From Haemophilus parainfluenzae (GTDB taxonomy: Bacteria; Pseudomonadota; Gammaproteobacteria; Enterobacterales; Pasteurellaceae), in NCBI RefSeq assembly GCF_001055095.1, contig NZ_JVHG01000006.1, forward strand, positions 1 through 32,000: DNA of 32,000 nucleotides. The letters run 5' to 3'. Under the pieces are notes generated by a model that saw only the letters and a program-made list of their open reading frames with translations, had not been told where the DNA came from and made no database searches. Shown here in pieces: positions 28,393 through 32,000 of the stretch (the first letter of the stretch is position 1; each line of letters begins with the position of its first letter). The translations under genes and the position numbers were made by a program.

Positions 28393-29523
28393 ATGGCATA
28401 TACTACTTTCTCGCAAACCAAAAACGACCAATTAAAAGAACCGATGTTCTTTGGTCAAAACGTTAACGTTGCGCGTTACGATCAACAAAAATATGAGACC
28501 TTTGAAAAACTCATTGAAAAACAACTTTCTTTCTTCTGGCGTCCAGAAGAAGTGGATGTGTCTCAAGACCGTATCGACTATGCCGCGTTACCTGAGCATG
28601 AAAAACACATTTTCATCAGTAACTTAAAATATCAGACCCTATTAGATTCTATTCAAGGTCGTAGCCCGAACGTCGCATTATTACCGTTAGTGTCTATTCC
28701 TGAATTAGAAACTTGGATCGAGACTTGGACCTTCTCTGAAACCATCCACTCTCGTTCTTACACACATATTATTCGTAACATTGTGAACGATCCATCTATT
28801 GTATTTGATGACATCGTGACGAACGAAGAAATCATCAAACGTGCGCGTGACATTTCTTCTTATTACGATGATTTAATCCGTGATAGCCAACTTTACAGCT
28901 TGTACGGTGAAGGTACTTACACGGTAGATGGTAAAGAATGTGTTGTAACATTACGTAACTTAAAAAAACAGCTTTACCTTTGCTTGATGAGTGTGAACGC
29001 ACTTGAAGCAATTCGTTTCTACGTATCTTTCGCTTGTTCGTTTGCCTTTGCAGAACGTCAATTAATGGAAGGTAATGCAAAAATCATTAAATTTATCGCA
29101 CGTGATGAAGCCTTACACTTAACCGGTACGCAGCATATTTTAAACATCATGGCTGCTGGTCAAGACGATCCTGAAATGGCAGAAATTGCAGAAGAATGTA
29201 AACAAGAAGCCTATGATTTATTCTTAGCCGCAGCGGAACAAGAAAAAGAATGGGCAGATTACTTATTCAAAGACGGTTCAATGATTGGTTTGAACAAAGA
29301 CATTTTGGTGCAATACGTGGAATATATAACCAATATCCGTATGCAAGCGGTCGGTCTTCCATTGCCATTTGGTGCGCGTTCTAACCCAATCCCATGGATT
29401 AACGCATGGCTTGTTTCTGACAACGTACAAGTAGCGCCACAAGAAGTCGAAGTGAGTTCTTATCTTGTTGGTCAAATTGACTCTAAAGTAGATACCAATG
29501 ATTTCGGCGATTTCGATCTTTAA
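28393..29523 (+). CDS. nrdB: Class Ia ribonucleoside-diphosphate reductase, beta subunit
   Basis: 376 aa. Di-iron ligand motifs ([17 protein letters not shown]), the radical-tyrosine region and an acidic C-terminal tail. Confidence 0.98.
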   Translation: MAYTTFSQTKNDQLKEPMFFGQNVNVARYDQQKYETFEKLIEKQLSFFWRPEEVDVSQDRIDYAALPEHEKHIFISNLKYQTLLDSIQGRSPNVALLPLVSIPELETWIETWTFSETIHSRSYTHIIRNIVNDPSIVFDDIVTNEEIIKRARDISSYYDDLIRDSQLYSLYGEGTYTVDGKECVVTLRNLKKQLYLCLMSVNALEAIRFYVSFACSFAFAERQLMEGNAKIIKFIARDEALHLTGTQHILNIMAAGQDDPEMAEIAEECKQEAYDLFLAAAEQEKEWADYLFKDGSMIGLNKDILVQYVEYITNIRMQAVGLPLPFGARSNPIPWINAWLVSDNVQVAPQEVEVSSYLVGQIDSKVDTNDFGDFDL

Positions 29524-29538
29524 TTAATCATTCTACGT

Positions 29539-29598
29539 AAAGAGCGGTCAGTATTTTCAGCGTTTAAAACCTTTGAAAAATTGACCGCTCTTTTTGTT
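29539..29598 (+). terminator. Long-loop hairpin terminator after nrdB, built from a degenerate inverted USS-like pair
   Basis: aaagagcggtca (29539-29550) pairs with tgaccgctcttt (29582-29593). 31-nt loop with partial internal pairing, followed by TTTTTG. Confidence 0.6.
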
Positions 29599-29717
29599 TG
29601 TATGAATATCAAGACATGATGATAAACGCATTGATTAAAAAAAATAGCACAATTTTGCTTTCCTGCATTTATCACCAACACTTTCCCTATAAAACAGATG
29701 ACTTCATTAAAAAAGGC

Positions 29718-29746
29718 TTAACAAAAAACAATGCTATGGGTAGAAT
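29718..29746 (+). promoter_or_regulatory. Candidate sigma70 promoter for lysS
   Basis: TTAACA (29718-29723), 17-nt spacer, TAGAAT (29741-29746), about 60 nt upstream of the lysS ATG. Pattern match only. Confidence 0.4.
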
Positions 29747-29808
29747 AGAAGAAACCTGTTTATTTTCAATAAATCACATTCTAATTACAAACTAGCGAGG
29801 TAAAGGAT

Positions 29809-31317
29809 ATGTCAGAACAAGAAGTGAAAGAATTAGATCTCAATGGCGAAATGCTCGTTCGCCGTGAAAAATTAGCCGCATTACGTGCAAAAGGTAATGC
29901 GTTCCCGAATCAATTCCGTCGTGACTCCCTTGCTCAAGATTTACATGATAAGTACGAAGCCGAAGATGGCGAAGTATTAAAAGACAAAGCGATTGAAGTG
30001 GCCGTTGCTGGTCGTATTATGACTCGTCGTGCAATGGGGAAAGCCACCTTTATTACCTTGCAAGATATGAGTGGCAAAATCCAGTTATATGTTGCTCGTG
30101 ATAATCTTCCTGAAGGCGTTTATGCTGAAGATGTAGGTAACTGGGATTTAGGCGATATCATTGGGGTGAAAGGTACACTTTTCAAAACTAAAACCAATGA
30201 ATTAACCATCAAAACCACTGAAGTTCAACTTTTAACCAAAGCACTTCGTCCGTTACCAAACAAATTCCATGGTTTAACAGACATGGAAGCACGTTATCGT
30301 CAACGTTACTTAGATTTAATTTCTAATGAAGAATCTCGTCGTACTTTTGTGATTCGTTCAAAAGTGGTGGCGGGTATTCGTGAATTCTTTATTTCTAAAG
30401 GCTTTATGGAAGTTGAAACCCCTATGCTACAAGTGATTCCAGGCGGTGCATCTGCTCGTCCATTTATCACTCACCACAATGCGTTAGATGTAGATATGTA
30501 TCTTCGTATTGCACCAGAACTTTACTTAAAACGTTTAGTGGTTGGTGGTTTTGAACGTGTATTCGAATTAAACCGTAACTTCCGTAATGAAGGGGTTTCT
30601 GTTCGTCACAACCCAGAATTCACCATGCTTGAATACTACCAAGCTTATGCGGATTATCATGATTTAATGGATAACACCGAAGAATTATTACGCAAACTCG
30701 CGATTGATATTCTTGGTACAACCATTGTGAAATACGGAGATTTAGAATTTGACTTCGGCAAACCATTTGAGCGTATTACATTACATGATGCAACCATTAA
30801 ATACGGTGCAGATAAAGGTATCGTAAAAGAAGATCTTTACGACTTCGATCGTGCAAAGGCAACCGCTGAACGCTTGGGTATCGAAGTTCAAAAATCTTGG
30901 GGCTTAGGCTCTATCGTAAATGCGATCTTTGAAGAAGTGGCTGAACATCACTTAATTCAACCAACCTTCTTAATGGCGCATCCAGCTGAGATTTCACCGC
31001 TTGCACGTCGTAACGATGAAAACCCAGAAGTAACTGACCGCTTTGAATTATTCATCGGTGGACGTGAAATTGGTAACGGCTTCTCAGAATTAAACGATGC
31101 CGAAGACCAAAACGAACGTTTTGATGCACAAGTTGCAGCGAAAGAAGCGGGTGATGATGAAGCGATGTTTAAAGATGATGACTTTGTAGTTGCACTTGAA
31201 CACGGTTTACCACCAACAGCAGGTGAAGGTTTAGGTATCGACCGTTTAGCAATGCTTTATGCTAACGCACCATCTATCCGTGATGTAATCCTATTCCCTG
31301 CAATGCGTCAAAAATAA
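29809..31317 (+). CDS. lysS: Lysine--tRNA ligase (class II)
   Basis: 502 aa. OB-fold anticodon-binding N-domain and class II motifs ([14 protein letters not shown]). AAGGA Shine-Dalgarno at 29800-29804. Confidence 0.97.
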   Translation: MSEQEVKELDLNGEMLVRREKLAALRAKGNAFPNQFRRDSLAQDLHDKYEAEDGEVLKDKAIEVAVAGRIMTRRAMGKATFITLQDMSGKIQLYVARDNLPEGVYAEDVGNWDLGDIIGVKGTLFKTKTNELTIKTTEVQLLTKALRPLPNKFHGLTDMEARYRQRYLDLISNEESRRTFVIRSKVVAGIREFFISKGFMEVETPMLQVIPGGASARPFITHHNALDVDMYLRIAPELYLKRLVVGGFERVFELNRNFRNEGVSVRHNPEFTMLEYYQAYADYHDLMDNTEELLRKLAIDILGTTIVKYGDLEFDFGKPFERITLHDATIKYGADKGIVKEDLYDFDRAKATAERLGIEVQKSWGLGSIVNAIFEEVAEHHLIQPTFLMAHPAEISPLARRNDENPEVTDRFELFIGGREIGNGFSELNDAEDQNERFDAQVAAKEAGDDEAMFKDDDFVVALEHGLPPTAGEGLGIDRLAMLYANAPSIRDVILFPAMRQK

Positions 31318-31335
31318 TTAAATTGAAATAACATA

Positions 31336-31362
31336 AAAGGAAGTCTATCGACTTCCTTTTTT
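31336..31362 (+). terminator. Rho-independent terminator after lysS
   Basis: aaaggaagtc-tatc-gacttccttt followed by TTTTATT. Confidence 0.8.
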
Positions 31363-31371
31363 ATTGTTTAA

Positions 31372-31397
31372 AAGTGCGGTCATTTTTTACCGCACTT
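31372..31397. repeat. Inverted USS pair (hairpin) between convergent genes
   Basis: AAGTGCGGT-catttttt-ACCGCACTT. Confidence 0.9.
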
Positions 31398-31402
31398 TCA
31401 TG

Positions 31403-31436
31403 AAAAAAAGAGATAACCATCTTAACGATTATCTCT
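31403..31436 (-). terminator. Probable terminator of the MetE-family gene
   Basis: agagataa-12 nt loop-ttatctct (31409-31436). The minus-strand transcript would continue into a U-run (complement of AAAAAAA at 31403-31409). Confidence 0.55.
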
Positions 31437-31455
31437 TTTACATTCCAATTTGAAA

Positions 31456-32000
31456 TTATTTACCCCAAACTTCTTCCACGATACTACGGATAAAGTCGAG
31501 TTTCTTCCATTGTTGTTCTTCCGTCAAGATATTACCCTCTTCCGTTGAAGCAAAACCACATTGTGGACTTAAGCAAAGTTGATTGATATCCACATATTGC
31601 GCTGCTTCTTTAATACGAGCAATAATTTCATCACGGTTTTCTAACTCACCCGATTTTGAGGTTACTAATCCTAACACTACTTGTTGATTCTTAATAAAGC
31701 GTAAAGGTTTGAAATCGCCTGCACGATCACTGTCATACTCCAAGAAGAAACCATCTACATTACAATGACCAAATAAGGTTTCTGCGATAGGCTCATAACC
31801 ACCTGCCGAGAACCACGTTGAACGGAAGTTACCACGACAAATATGCATTGTAATCGCTAAATCAGCTGGTTTTGCAGCCACGATTTTGTTTAACATATAC
31901 ACATAATCTTTAGCAATTTGATCTAAATCTAAACCACGTTCAGTATAGGTTTTACGTTTATCTTCCGCACAGAATTCGCCCCAACTTGTATCATCCAACT
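31456..32000 (-). CDS. Cobalamin-independent methionine synthase (MetE C-terminal domain) family protein, C-terminal part only; continues beyond the window
   Basis: The reading frame is open to the window edge. Motifs MHICRGN, FLEYD and LSPQCGFAS (Zn-ligand Cys) are typical of the short MetE-like/YxjG-type family. Confidence 0.85.
   Translation of the reverse strand, partial: LDDTSWGEFCAEDKRKTYTERGLDLDQIAKDYVYMLNKIVAAKPADLAITMHICRGNFRSTWFSAGGYEPIAETLFGHCNVDGFFLEYDSDRAGDFKPLRFIKNQQVVLGLVTSKSGELENRDEIIARIKEAAQYVDINQLCLSPQCGFASTEEGNILTEEQQWKKLDFIRSIVEEVWGK

Noticed and set aside
551-29475. Short ORFs (60-99 aa) from the track that lie antisense to or out of frame within recognised genes: 551-733, 2022-2294, 3322-3519, 4729-4938, 5637-5918, 5954-6253, 6395-6577, 8783-9046, 10404-10586, 10731-10997, 10854-11105, 11798-12055, 17550-17774, 18436-18663, 18991-19203, 22587-22775, 22806-23012, 24401-24610, 25395-25661, 26427-26630, 27093-27320, 28835-29080, 29278-29475.
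   Set aside because: Each is fully embedded in a well-supported conserved CDS. They have low-complexity or odd composition, no Shine-Dalgarno that I could see and no recognisable motifs. They are the expected by-product of long ORFs on the opposite strand.
29598-29795. 65-aa TTG-initiated ORF between nrdB and lysS.
   Set aside because: It has a non-ATG start and no Shine-Dalgarno. It begins right at the end of the nrdB terminator's T-run, spans the predicted lysS promoter, and its composition is AT-rich and low-complexity.
1-32000. Looked for CRISPR arrays, tandem or tetranucleotide phase-variation repeats, IS elements with terminal inverted repeats, and toxin-antitoxin or defence gene pairs.
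   Set aside because: I found no regularly spaced direct repeats and no simple-sequence tract longer than A9/T8, and those tracts are all intergenic and associated with terminators or promoters. I found no transposase or integrase ORFs and no small paired ORFs outside the assigned operons.

Overview
This window looks like ordinary core chromosome from a Pasteurellaceae genome, probably Haemophilus. By eye I found at least 23 exact copies of the Hin-type uptake signal sequence AAGTGCGGT/ACCGCACTT. I call 28 protein-coding genes, and 27 of them are recognisable conserved families. In order they are: a DUF695/RraB-like protein, xthA, a CPA1 Na+/H+ antiporter, an RluA-family pseudouridine synthase, cls, an NhaC-family transporter, hns, purU, aroA, a Bcr/CflA MFS pump, folE, moeA, moeB, yedE, yedF, an orphan lipoprotein, pntB, pntA, tldD, rsmI, lpoA, yraN, diaA, dolP/yraP, nrdA, nrdB, lysS, and a partial MetE-family gene. 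The window also holds the 3' part of a tRNA-Asn, a lysine riboswitch on the minus strand in front of the NhaC-family gene, tandem NrdR boxes in front of nrdAB, and many hairpin terminators, several built from inverted USS pairs. I saw no IS or transposon, integrase, phage genes, CRISPR array, toxin-antitoxin pair, recognisable defence genes or biosynthetic cluster. I could not find a convincing novel multi-gene system. The least ordinary items are: (1) a 119-aa Cys-rich orphan lipoprotein gene with atypical codon usage, sitting alone between two USS-hairpin terminators (about 16.1-16.7 kb); (2) the lysine riboswitch plus NhaC-family transporter pair; (3) yedE-yedF placed directly after moeA-moeB behind a 232-bp leader that contains a perfect palindrome with 12-bp arms. 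All product calls rest on my recognition of motifs and remembered homologues. No database search was run.
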